Assembly (NCBI GenBank): GCA_904420005.1
Contig: CAJFTT010000016.1
Span: 1-48,579 of the forward strand
Source: Candidatus Tabaqchalia intestinavium
GTDB lineage: Bacteria; Bacillota; Clostridia; Oscillospirales; CAJFTT01
DNA: 48,579 nucleotides
Direction of reading: 5' to 3'
The notes below the pieces were generated by a model. It did no database searches. It saw only the letters and a program-made list of their open reading frames with translations, and was not told the origin of the DNA. A program made the translations under genes and the position numbers. Shown here in pieces: positions 1 to 8,756 of this stretch (position 1 is its first letter; the number at the start of each line of letters is the position of its first letter).

Positions 1-115
1 AAACTATACCCTATAAGGCTCTGTCCTTCTACTTTTTTATTCGCTTTTTCTTGCCCTGCTGTCCAATATGTATTGTAGCTCTACAACCCTTTCTGTCACA
101 AAACGTAATCCCCGC

Positions 116-144
116 TTGAATCAAATGGACATCCGTGGTAGAAT
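116..144 (+). promoter_or_regulatory. putative sigma-A promoter for the YfhO-family gene
   Basis: TTGAAT (116-121), 17-bp spacer, TAGAAT (139-144). About 120 nt of leader to the ATG at 274. Confidence 0.35.
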
Positions 145-273
145 AATAACAATTATGCAGTATTTTCCTACTCGGCCTATGCGTAGCCAGGACAGCCGCA
201 ACGGTCGGCGTTCGGTTCCTTTTTCTTCCCCCGCGTCTTACGCGCACTCACCAAACCCGCAGGAGGTTTCGTC

Positions 274-3180
274 ATGACTCAAACCGCCCATCGCCCGTTT
301 ACCGCCCGGCTCCGGTCGAGCGTCCGTTACTGGCAGGTGTTCCAATTCGGCGCGCTCATCGCGGCGACATTCCTGCTCATTTATATGATCCGTGACGGCG
401 GGCCATTCCTGTTCTATGGCGATTTCAATGTCCAGCAGATCCCGTTTTATATCGAAGCCAACCGCGCCGTGCGCAGCGGCATGACCGGCTGGAACCCCTA
501 TACCGACCTTGGCGTCAATTTCATCGGGTCCTACAGCTTCTATCTGCTGGGGTCCCCCTTTTTCTGGCTGACGACGCTGCTGCCGCTGGAATATGTCGGT
601 TACAGTCTCGGGTTCCTCTATATCCTCAAATTCGCCTGCGCGTCGCTGACAGCTTACCTCTACCTCGAGCGGTTCGTGCAGCGGAAAGAATACGCCATGA
701 TCGGCGCTTTTCTCTATGCTTTCTCCGGCTGGGGGATCTACAATATCTTTTTCAACCACTTCCACGAGGCGCTGGTTTTCTTCCCGCTGCTATTGCTGGG
801 AATTGAAAAATATATGAAAGACGGTTCGCGCGGCGTATTCGCTTTCGCGGTGTTTGTCAACGCCATCGTCAACTACTATTTCTTCTTCGGCGAAGTCATT
901 TTCTGCCTGATTTATTTCTTCCTGCGGTGCCTGTCGGACGACTGGGAGCTGTCGCTGGGCAAACTGGGCGGGATCGCGCTGGAGGCGGTCATCGGCCTGG
1001 GTATGTCGGCGATCCTGCTGGTGCCGTCGATTTATTCGGTGCTGGACAATCCCCGCACCAGCAGCACCATCAACGGCTGGAACGCGCTGATGTACTCCCC
1101 CGAGCAGCGTTATGGGCTGATTATCGAATCCTTTTTCTTCCCGCCGGATATTCCCGCACGACCCAATTTCTTCCCCGATTCGGACTCGAAATGGGCTTCT
1201 ACGGCCGGCTGGCTGCCGCTGTTCAGTATGACGGGCGTCATCGCCTATCTGCAAAGCCGCAAAAAAGACTGGCTCAAGCGCATCATTTATGTCTGCATTT
1301 TCATGGCGATGATCCCCTTCCTCAATTCATTGTTCTCCGCCATGAATTACGGCTACTATTCCCGCTGGTTTTATATGCCGATCCTGATGATGGCGCTGGC
1401 CACCATCATCAGCCTTGACCGCGAGGACATCAACTGGGCGCGCGGATTCCGCCGGACAGCCTTCATCACGCTGTTCATCACGTTCGCCATCGGGTTCACG
1501 CCCGCCTCTTCTGACCCGGACCCCATCTCAGAGGAAAAGCTGCTGTATACCTCGCTGTTCATTCTGCTGATGGCGGCGCTGCTCATCATCGGGCTGCTGG
1601 TGTGGATGCGGCAGCGGTTTGAAGCAAAGCGCACCCCGCTGCGGCAGCGGGCGCTGCCTTATGTGCTGACGATCCTGGGCGTGGCGGTGCTGGCCGCCGG
1701 CCTGCTGTACCTGGTTCGCCAAATCGGCGTGGAGCTGGGCGTATACGCCTACACCGACCGCTTCTTCCTGTATGTTTTCATCGCGCTGGTGTCGCTGTTC
1801 GTGTGCGGGCTGCTGCTGTTCGTGATGCGCCGCAGCCACCGCTGGTTCACCCCCGTGACGCTCATCGCGCTGACGCTGGTGATCGCCATTTACGCCAATG
1901 TTTTCATCTGCATCGGGCGCGCGCACAGCTTCGACCGGTCGATGATCAAAAACACGCTCATCGACCAGACCGAAGGCATCGATCTGCCCGATCAGGACAA
2001 GGTGCGCGTCGACGTGCTGCCGGGCAGCATGGACAATCTTCCCATGTTCTGGGGGCTGCAGACCATTCAGGCCTTTCACAGCGTCGTGCCCAGCTCGATC
2101 ATGGATTTTTACGAAAGCGTGGGCGTCGAGCGCGGCGTGGCGTCGCGGCCGGAATGGTCCCATCAGGGACTGCGCGCGCTGCTCTCCGTGCGCTGGCTGA
2201 TCGATCCGGATAACGATTCGGTCGATGAGATCAACCAGTATTCCGGCTGGCGGTACGACCACGAAGTGCTGGGATATGGCATTTATGAAAACGAGAATTA
2301 TATCCCGATGGGCTTCACCTACGACCAGTTCATCACGCTCGACGGCTGGGAGGCCTGCGCGCAGAGCAGCCGGGAAAAGCTCCTGCTGCACGCGATCCTG
2401 CTCGACGACACGCAGGTGGAGAAATATAAAGACATCCTGCAGCTGCTGCCGCTGTGCGACGAGGACCTCGCGCTGGAAGAGCAGCTTTACGGCGCGCAGG
2501 AGGACGATTCCGAGGATTGGATGCCGGATATTGGGGATTATATTGAATGGCCGGGCCTGTATGACGAGGCCATCGCGCAGGCTTGCGCCGATCGGCGCGC
2601 CGGCAGCTGCTATGAATTTGCCTATGACAACGGCGGCTTCACCGCAAAAATCCAGCCCGAGCACGACAATCTCGTCTTTTTCTCCGTCCCGTGGGACGCC
2701 GACTGGAGCGCCACCGTCAACGGTGAGCCGGTGGAGATCGAGCGTGTCAATGTCGGTTTCATGGCGGTGCGCGTAACGGGCGGCATCGACAACGTCATCC
2801 GCTTTGAATACAGGACGCCCGGCCTGATCGACGGCATCACCGTTTCCGGCCTTTATATTCCGGGCGGCGTCTTCATCAGCGCCGGCAGCGCCGTCGTGTT
2901 TGTGGGATACCTGATCACCTGCGCGTTGCTGCGCCGTCGCCGCCGCAAAATGGCGGCGCAGGCCCAGGCAGATGTGCAGATCGTCACCGCTGAGCCGCTG
3001 CCGTTCGGGCAGACAGAGGCGCCCGCCGATCCAGGCACCGTATCGCCGCAGGAAGATGACGATCCTTTCTTCCCGCCGCTGCCGGACGCGCCGCCGGGGT
3101 ATCCGTCCGGCTCCGCCGACGACGAGACTGCGAATCAAGACGAGGGCCGTTGGCCGCCCGATACGCCGAACATGCCATAA
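274..3180 (+). CDS. YfhO-family polytopic membrane glycosyltransferase (teichoic-acid/glycan glycosylation type)
   Basis: 968-aa ORF. AGGAGG RBS 8 nt upstream of the ATG. Many hydrophobic helices, with YfhO-like N-terminal motifs (GDFNVQQIPFY, HFHEALVFFPLLLLG). Long acidic/proline-rich C-terminal tail. Immediately followed by a GtrB/CsbB-like gene. Confidence 0.8.
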   Translation: MTQTAHRPFTARLRSSVRYWQVFQFGALIAATFLLIYMIRDGGPFLFYGDFNVQQIPFYIEANRAVRSGMTGWNPYTDLGVNFIGSYSFYLLGSPFFWLTTLLPLEYVGYSLGFLYILKFACASLTAYLYLERFVQRKEYAMIGAFLYAFSGWGIYNIFFNHFHEALVFFPLLLLGIEKYMKDGSRGVFAFAVFVNAIVNYYFFFGEVIFCLIYFFLRCLSDDWELSLGKLGGIALEAVIGLGMSAILLVPSIYSVLDNPRTSSTINGWNALMYSPEQRYGLIIESFFFPPDIPARPNFFPDSDSKWASTAGWLPLFSMTGVIAYLQSRKKDWLKRIIYVCIFMAMIPFLNSLFSAMNYGYYSRWFYMPILMMALATIISLDREDINWARGFRRTAFITLFITFAIGFTPASSDPDPISEEKLLYTSLFILLMAALLIIGLLVWMRQRFEAKRTPLRQRALPYVLTILGVAVLAAGLLYLVRQIGVELGVYAYTDRFFLYVFIALVSLFVCGLLLFVMRRSHRWFTPVTLIALTLVIAIYANVFICIGRAHSFDRSMIKNTLIDQTEGIDLPDQDKVRVDVLPGSMDNLPMFWGLQTIQAFHSVVPSSIMDFYESVGVERGVASRPEWSHQGLRALLSVRWLIDPDNDSVDEINQYSGWRYDHEVLGYGIYENENYIPMGFTYDQFITLDGWEACAQSSREKLLLHAILLDDTQVEKYKDILQLLPLCDEDLALEEQLYGAQEDDSEDWMPDIGDYIEWPGLYDEAIAQACADRRAGSCYEFAYDNGGFTAKIQPEHDNLVFFSVPWDADWSATVNGEPVEIERVNVGFMAVRVTGGIDNVIRFEYRTPGLIDGITVSGLYIPGGVFISAGSAVVFVGYLITCALLRRRRRKMAAQAQADVQIVTAEPLPFGQTEAPADPGTVSPQEDDDPFFPPLPDAPPGYPSGSADDETANQDEGRWPPDTPNMP

Positions 3181-3241
3181 GGCGCGCGCCAGACAAGGCA
3201 TCCTCCGCACCGCAATCAACAAAAGGATGTGATAAATCCCC

Positions 3242-4186
3242 ATGAAAACCATTTATCTGGTCGTTCCCTGCTACAATGAAGAAGAAGTGCTTCCCGAAAC
3301 GACCAAGCGGCTAACCGCCAAGCTGCAGTCGCTGCAGGAGAGCGGCGTCGTGACGCCGGAGAGCCGGATCCTTTATGTCGACGACGGCAGCCGAGACCGT
3401 ACCTGGGAGCTCATCTGCCAATATAACCGGGAAAACCCTTACGTCTGCGGGGTCAAGCTCTCCCGCAACAAGGGCCATCAGAATGCGCTGATGGCCGGCC
3501 TGACGACGGCGCGGGAGCAGTGCGACGCCGCGATCAGTCTCGACTGCGACCTGCAGGACGACATCGAGGCCATCGACCGGTTCCTGGAAGAATTTGAAAA
3601 GGGCAACGACATTGTTTACGGCGTGCGTTCCAGCCGCAAGACGGATACCTTTTTCAAGCGTACCTCGGCGCAGATGTTCTACAAATTCATGAAGCTCATG
3701 GGCGTGGACATCGTGTACAATCACGCCGACTACCGCCTGATGAGCCGCCGCGCGCTCGACGCGCTCATGGAGTTTGGGGAAGTCAACATGTTCCTGCGCG
3801 GCATGGTGCCGCTGATCGGGTTCCGCTCCTCGACGGTGACTTATGAGCGCGCGGAGCGCTTTGCGGGGGAAAGCAAATATCCGCTGAAGAAAATGCTGTA
3901 CTTCGCGTTTGACGGCATCACATCCTTCAGCGTCAAGCCCATCCGCATGATCCTGTCGATCGGCGTGATCTTCATGATCCTCAGCCTGGTCCTGCTGCTT
4001 TACGCGCTGATCGTCAAGCTGACGGGCAACGCCGACGCCGGCTGGCCGACGCTGTTCGGTTCCATCTGGTTCCTCGGCGGGTTGCAGATGTTCAGCATCG
4101 GCCTTGTGGGCGAATATATCGGCAAAATTTACACCGAAACCAAGCGCCGCCCTCGCTATTTCATCGAGCAGATTCTGCAGAAATAA
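3242..4186 (+). CDS. GT2-family polyprenyl-phosphate sugar transferase (GtrB/CsbB-like)
   Basis: 314 aa. N-terminus MKTIYLVVPCYNEE, with DDGSRD and DCDLQDD motifs. Two C-terminal TM helices (ILSIGVIFMILSLVLLLYALI; LFGSIWFLGGLQMFSIGLVG). Confidence 0.85.
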   Translation: MKTIYLVVPCYNEEEVLPETTKRLTAKLQSLQESGVVTPESRILYVDDGSRDRTWELICQYNRENPYVCGVKLSRNKGHQNALMAGLTTAREQCDAAISLDCDLQDDIEAIDRFLEEFEKGNDIVYGVRSSRKTDTFFKRTSAQMFYKFMKLMGVDIVYNHADYRLMSRRALDALMEFGEVNMFLRGMVPLIGFRSSTVTYERAERFAGESKYPLKKMLYFAFDGITSFSVKPIRMILSIGVIFMILSLVLLLYALIVKLTGNADAGWPTLFGSIWFLGGLQMFSIGLVGEYIGKIYTETKRRPRYFIEQILQK

Positions 4187-4250
4187 GCGGCGGTACACTC
4201 GCTTTATCCCGCCGGAATATCCGGCTACACAGAAAGGCAGGTTTCCCTTT

Positions 4251-5108
4251 ATGAAAAAAATCCTGGCGCTGCTGCTCGCTGCAGCCTCCCTGTTCCTTCT
4301 CCCCTCCTGCACCGCTCTGCTGTCCCAGCAGCAGATGGCCGCGGAGGAGCAATACATCACCTGGCAGGTGCCGGAAGAGCTCATCGTCATGACGAAGGAC
4401 AACATTTCCGAACATCAGGACATTCTCGACACACTGGGCGTTCCCGCGGAGCAGGCGGAGAGCTATCTGACACAGAATAACATGTTCTTCACCAGCTTCC
4501 TCAAGCGCACCGACGACGCGGGCAACGTCTCTTATCCGGTGGAAATGTTCCTCAACACCGCCTGGAGCGATTATTCGGAAAATGTCTTTGATTTTGGCCG
4601 GCTGAGCGAAGAGGATCTTGCCGCCAATCTCGAGGCGTTTGTCAGCGTGGAACAGGCGCAAAAGAACGGTTACGAGGTGTCGGACATCCACTGGGTCGAT
4701 CAGGGCGGCGCGAAATATATCATGTACAACTACAACACTACCCCCTCTACCGATTCCCCCACGCAGTATGGCACGCAGTATATGACCATTTATAACGGCT
4801 CGATTTACTGTCTGGCGCTGGTTTCCTCCGAGCCGCTGACAGAGGAAGTCACAGCGCTGCGCGACGAGCTCTTTTCCTCGCTTGGGTTCTCCAAGACGCT
4901 CACGCCCACGCAGGAGTATGACCCGCAGTTTAATTCCCTGTCGCACGGCTTCGTCCGCTTTATCAAAAACAATGTGCTGGAGGTCATCATCATCGCGGTG
5001 CTGACGGTCGGCATCACGATCTTTTTCCTCTACCGCTCTCACCGGCGCAAAAAGCTGGGCCTGACCAAGAAGAAGGACAACGTCGTGCGCGCCAATTACC
5101 TGCGCTGA
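4251..5108 (+). CDS. putative lipoprotein with C-terminal transmembrane anchor
   Basis: Signal peptide MKKILALLLAAASLFLLPSC. Hydrophobic C-terminal helix followed by RSHRRKK. The internal ATG at 4251 is preferred over the 5' extension of track ORF 4104. Confidence 0.55.
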   Translation: MKKILALLLAAASLFLLPSCTALLSQQQMAAEEQYITWQVPEELIVMTKDNISEHQDILDTLGVPAEQAESYLTQNNMFFTSFLKRTDDAGNVSYPVEMFLNTAWSDYSENVFDFGRLSEEDLAANLEAFVSVEQAQKNGYEVSDIHWVDQGGAKYIMYNYNTTPSTDSPTQYGTQYMTIYNGSIYCLALVSSEPLTEEVTALRDELFSSLGFSKTLTPTQEYDPQFNSLSHGFVRFIKNNVLEVIIIAVLTVGITIFFLYRSHRRKKLGLTKKKDNVVRANYLR

Positions 5109-5126
5109 GAACGGGGGCTGATCGCT

Positions 5127-5456
5127 ATGCCGCTGTTTGGGCGCAAGAAAGACCCTTATTCGGGCGGGCGCGCGCTGCTGCGCCGGCTGGACGGCACGCG
5201 CATCGCCTATGCCGCCGAGCGGCGGGCGGACGGCCCGGAAAAGGTCCTGGGGAAAGGCGGCGCGGTCGTCGCCACGGAAGAGAAGCTGTCCCTGCTCGTC
5301 GCGGGGCGGGTCGTCTTTTCCTGCCCGGCGGGGCAGGTCAAATGCGGCGAGCTGCAAAGCGGCGACGGCGCCATCTTTGAGGGAATCGACCTGGACACCG
5401 GCGAAGTGCGCACGGTGGTGGCTTATTTCACCTCCCCCATCCGCCGTCCCCGCTGA
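5127..5456 (+). CDS. small hypothetical protein (possible bacterial PH-like domain)
   Basis: 109-aa ORF with protein-like composition. ATG lies 11 nt after a GGGGG stretch. No recognisable catalytic motifs. Confidence 0.4.
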   Translation: MPLFGRKKDPYSGGRALLRRLDGTRIAYAAERRADGPEKVLGKGGAVVATEEKLSLLVAGRVVFSCPAGQVKCGELQSGDGAIFEGIDLDTGEVRTVVAYFTSPIRRPR

Positions 5457-5538
5457 GCTGGCGAGCGCATCGGCTCAGATGTGCTCCGGCCGTCCTGCCG
5501 GGGCTGAACGCTACGAACGCAAACAGGTTGCTTCGGAT

Positions 5539-5569
5539 CCCGTCCCCTGCAGGGACGGGAATCTTTTTC
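5539..5569 (+). terminator. intrinsic-terminator-like hairpin after the small ORF
   Basis: CCCGTCCC-ctgca-GGGACGGG (5539-5559), then aatcTTTTT. Confidence 0.5.
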
Positions 5570-5601
5570 CACAGAACAGAGTCCTTAAGAACGCCGGGCC
5601 T

Positions 5602-5619
5602 CGTCCCCGCAGAGGGACG
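5602..5619 (+). repeat. second copy of a GTCCC-GCAG-GGGAC palindromic element
   Basis: CGTCCC-cgcaga-GGGACG. Same core as the hairpin at 5539-5559, about 60 bp downstream. Confidence 0.35.
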
Positions 5620-5715
5620 GGGCTTCTCCTTTCTGCCTTCTCCGCACTGTGCAGCGCTTGCCCCGTACAGGATGATATTCACACCCAGCGATTTCCCCGA
5701 AAGGAGTGTTGGTTC

Positions 5716-6633
5716 ATGCATATGCATTCCCGCCGCATTGCATCGTTGCTGCTCGCCGGTATTCTGCTGCTGTGCGCCGCCTGCCGGTCGCCGGACGCCG
5801 ACGGGGTTTCCTCCGGTACGGCTTCCTTCTCCGGCCCGGATTTCCCGGTGTCTGTGACGCTCGTTCCCGGCGACACGCCGGTGGAGCTCTATTTCCCCGC
5901 CATGCGCATCGCCACCGTCGGGGAGGATGTGTTCCACGGTCTGTGCCTGCTCTCCCTGCAGGAACGCATCGTCGCGGCCGATTCCGCCGGCGGGGCCAAA
6001 GTGGTGGATGGGCAGGACATCGCGGACATCGGCCTGCCGCAGATGCTCGACACAGCGGAGATCATTGCGCAAAACGTCGATACCGTGCTCACCTCCGTCT
6101 CTCTGCCGACTGATACGCTTGACGCGCTGACCTCGCAGGGGATTTCCGTGCTCCGGGTGCAAAGCGCCGGTTCTCTTGCCGCGTTGTCGGATTTCCTGCG
6201 CGCATTGGCTTCCGTCACGCTGGGCGCCCATACCGGCGCGGCCCGCGCCGATTCGGTCGTCGCGCCGCTGGAGGAAACCATCCTGGCAGCGCAAAGCGCC
6301 GCCGGCAGCGAACCCAAACCCACGGCCTTTTACGCCGCGACATTTGGAGACTACGGCCTGCGCACCGCAGCGGCGGACAGCGCTGTGGCAGAGCTGCTTT
6401 CGCTGTATTTCACGCTGCCTCTTTCCGGCAGCGTGACGGAGGAGGATCTGCTCGCCTGCGACCCGGCCGTGATCCTTGTCGACGCCGGCCAGGAGGAGGC
6501 GTTCCGGCAGGCTTATGCTCCCCTCGGCCTGACCGCGGTCGAGACCGGGCGTGTCGTCGGCATCCCCAACCCGCAGAAAGCCCTGTCTTCTTTCCGCCTG
6601 CAGCCGGTTCTGGACGCGCTGCAGGCCGCCTAA
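5716..6633 (+). CDS. ABC transporter substrate-binding lipoprotein (class III / BtuF-FhuD-like), orphan
   Basis: AAGGAG RBS 5701-5706. Signal/lipobox MHMHSRRIASLLLAGILLLCAAC. Periplasmic-binding-protein-like sequence. No cognate permease or ATPase adjacent. Confidence 0.65.
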   Translation: MHMHSRRIASLLLAGILLLCAACRSPDADGVSSGTASFSGPDFPVSVTLVPGDTPVELYFPAMRIATVGEDVFHGLCLLSLQERIVAADSAGGAKVVDGQDIADIGLPQMLDTAEIIAQNVDTVLTSVSLPTDTLDALTSQGISVLRVQSAGSLAALSDFLRALASVTLGAHTGAARADSVVAPLEETILAAQSAAGSEPKPTAFYAATFGDYGLRTAAADSAVAELLSLYFTLPLSGSVTEEDLLACDPAVILVDAGQEEAFRQAYAPLGLTAVETGRVVGIPNPQKALSSFRLQPVLDALQAA

Positions 6634-6926
6634 AGCGAACGGCGGTCAGCCCTGCCGGACCCATGCATAAACCCGATCGTCTTCCCCGCCGGTTGCGTTG
6701 TCATATGCACCGTTCGCGCCCCTCTCTGCGTCAAGGGCCCCTGCACAACGCGCTCGCGTACTTACGCTTAATCCCGTCCGCGGCGGATGCATCGCTTTTG
6801 CCGCCCGCCAGACGCTGCGCCGACAAAGCCGCATCGTGCCCCGCTTGCCGGCCGGATCACGGAGGCGTTATGACGGGTCCTTTCCAGCGTCCGGCACAAT
6901 TGCCTGTTTTTGTTTGCCGGCATATA

Positions 6927-6955
6927 TTGACTTCCGGCGCGTTTCAAGGTACAAT
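6927..6955 (+). promoter_or_regulatory. putative sigma-A promoter for the DUF1292 gene
   Basis: TTGACT (6927-6932), 17 bp, TACAAT (6950-6955). Confidence 0.45.
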
Positions 6956-7012
6956 ATTGGCAAGGCCGCATCCGTTCGCCGCGGTCATACGAAACAGGAG
7001 GGCCAGGAAACT

Positions 7013-7315
7013 ATGGACGACTTTCGCAATACCACGTTCGTGCTTTCCGACGAGGAAGGCAACGAGATCGAAGTGGAGATCATCGATACGCTGGAACACG
7101 AAGGCAAAATTTACGTCGCCATGATGGAAGCGCCGGAGGATCCGGAAGCTTACCTGGAAGAGGAAGGCGAATTCTTCATCTTCGAGCTGATCGAGGATGA
7201 GCAAGGTTCCGGCTTCGTTCCCGTGGAGGACGACGCTCTGCTCGACACGCTGGGGCAGAAGTTCGAGGCGTTGTTTGAAGAATATGACGACGAGGACGAA
7301 GACGACGAAGACTGA
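7013..7315 (+). CDS. DUF1292 (YrzB-like) family acidic small protein
   Basis: AGGAGG RBS 6996-7001. Sequence FVLSDEEGNEIEVEIIDTLEHEGKIYVAMMEA with a poly-acidic C-terminus, typical of DUF1292. Confidence 0.8.
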   Translation: MDDFRNTTFVLSDEEGNEIEVEIIDTLEHEGKIYVAMMEAPEDPEAYLEEEGEFFIFELIEDEQGSGFVPVEDDALLDTLGQKFEALFEEYDDEDEDDED

Positions 7316-7463
7316 TTTTTGATTTTCATGCGCCTGCTTAGTGCGTGATCCTGCATTAAAAAACCTACACCTTTTATATGGGAGTCCCAACTCCGCGAGC
7401 GGATTGCAGACCTCCCGCCTCCGGGCGGACGAAGGGAGCGTGAACCTGGCGGGTCGACACCCA

Positions 7464-7487
7464 CCTGCATATACGCAGGGATTTTTA
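7464..7487 (+). terminator. terminator-like hairpin in the 3' region of the DUF1292 gene
   Basis: CCTGC-atatac-GCAGG, then gatTTTTT. Confidence 0.4.
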
Positions 7488-7519
7488 CTGCGGACACGGC
7501 TCGGCGGGGCTTATGAAAG

Positions 7520-7557
7520 GAAAAACGAGAGCGCTATACAGTGCTCTCGTTTTTTTC
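7520..7557. terminator. bidirectional intrinsic terminator between convergent DUF1292 and lactonase genes
   Basis: AAAAA-ACGAGAGC-loop-GCTCTCGT-TTTTTTT. A-run and T-run flank the stem on both sides. Confidence 0.6.
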
Positions 7558-7706
7558 TACTAACAACGGAAGCCGGGCCAACAGCCACTGCTCCTGTTAT
7601 CGGGTTGTCACAAGCCAAGCCTGCCCGGCGGCATGCCTCGCTTTGCATCGTTTTTTCTGTCGGCAACGCCCATTTATGTAAAACCGTTCGCTTTTCCGCC
7701 GCGCAT

Positions 7707-8741
7707 TCATGCAAAGCGCACGCAGGCGGGCGCGGCGGACGTTTCCAGCGCGCACAGCGGCGTCAGCGCCCCCGTCGCCGCATCAAAGGAAAAAGCCGTG
7801 ACCGTCCGCGAATGCTCGTTGGCGCACAGCAGATACCGCCCGTCCGGCGACAATGCAAGGTCGCGCGGCCAGGCGCCGCCGCAGTTCACGTGCCCCCGCA
7901 GCCGCGGCTCGCCGCCCGCTTCCAGCCGGAATACGGCGATGCTGTCCTGCCCCCGATTGGAAGCGAACAACCACGTTTCCTCCGGAGAAAGCACAAGCGC
8001 CGCCGCCTGGCTCTCCCCGGTCCAACCCGCGGGCAATGTGGAGACAGCGCTTTTCGCCCAGAGAGAACCGCTGCCCGCATGATAGTCGCAGAAATAAAGC
8101 TCATTGGACAGCTCTGTGAGGACATAGGCCTGTCCCCCACGGCCGAACACAATGTGCCGCGGGCCGCAGCCGCGCGGCATCGTCAGCCGGCTGATCTCCC
8201 GCACCATGGTCCCCTGTCCCTGGGCGAATGCGTTGGATATCACCACCACGTCCGCGCCGAGATCCACCGAGGCGATGCGCCGTCCGTCCCCCGTCGGCGC
8301 GACGCAGTGCGCGTGCGGCCCCAGCTGGCGCGGATGCGCGGGATTGCCGCCCGTGTGCCGGAACACAAACGGTTCCCCGAGCAGCGCATGGCCCGGTCCT
8401 CTCGAAAATACGCTCACGCTGCCGTCGCCGTAATTGGAAACAAATGCGCGCTCCAAGACTGGGTCAAAATAGATATGGCAGGGACCGTCGCCCGCCGTCT
8501 GCCGCCCAAGAAAGCGCAGCGCGTCGTCCGATACAGCAAAGGACGCCACCCCGCCCTGCCCCGCCGGCAGCTCACTGACCGCATAGAGGAACGCCCCATC
8601 CAGCGCAAGGTAAGACGGATTCGCAATGCTGCCGTCCGCCGCCGTCACCGTGAGCGAAGGCATGGCCGGATCCAGCGCCAGGCGCAGAAGCGTCTCCTCC
8701 CCCGCCGCGCCGTAACAGCCAACATATATTGTATAATGCAT
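7707..8741 (-). CDS. lactonase, 7-bladed beta-propeller family (6-phosphogluconolactonase-like)
   Basis: About 345 aa. N-terminus MHYTIYVGCYGAAGEE, with repeated propeller-like segments. Start ambiguous between 8741 and 8756. Confidence 0.7.
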   Translation of the reverse strand: MHYTIYVGCYGAAGEETLLRLALDPAMPSLTVTAADGSIANPSYLALDGAFLYAVSELPAGQGGVASFAVSDDALRFLGRQTAGDGPCHIYFDPVLERAFVSNYGDGSVSVFSRGPGHALLGEPFVFRHTGGNPAHPRQLGPHAHCVAPTGDGRRIASVDLGADVVVISNAFAQGQGTMVREISRLTMPRGCGPRHIVFGRGGQAYVLTELSNELYFCDYHAGSGSLWAKSAVSTLPAGWTGESQAAALVLSPEETWLFASNRGQDSIAVFRLEAGGEPRLRGHVNCGGAWPRDLALSPDGRYLLCANEHSRTVTAFSFDAATGALTPLCALETSAAPACVRFA

Positions 8742-8756
8742 AAATTCGGACCCCAT

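Noticed and set aside
1-273. Possible partial gene or small ORFs at the window start (29-247 minus, 68-277 plus)
   Set aside because: Lys/Arg-rich or low-complexity translations with no RBS. The region fits a promoter plus a 120-nt leader for the YfhO-family gene.
1528-3252. 574-aa minus-strand ORF
   Set aside because: Antisense to the YfhO-family gene, with Arg/His/Gln-rich junk composition.
4104-4250. N-terminal 49-aa extension of the lipoprotein ORF (track ORF 4104-5108)
   Set aside because: The extension overlaps the GtrB gene 3' end out of frame and is Arg-rich. The internal ATG at 4251 has an RBS and starts a canonical signal peptide.
5137-5715. 193-codon upstream extension of the SBP ORF (track ORF 5137-6633)
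   Set aside because: It overlaps the small ORF out of frame and runs through two terminator-like hairpins. The AAGGAG RBS plus lipoprotein signal peptide define the start at 5716.
7378-7470. tRNA- or tmRNA-like appearance (GGGTCGACACCCACC resembling a T-arm plus ACC)
   Set aside because: No cloverleaf can be folded on either strand: acceptor and T stems do not pair and the T-loop is not TTCRANY. At about 95 nt it is too short for tmRNA or RNase P. Kept only as an unexplained structured 3' region.
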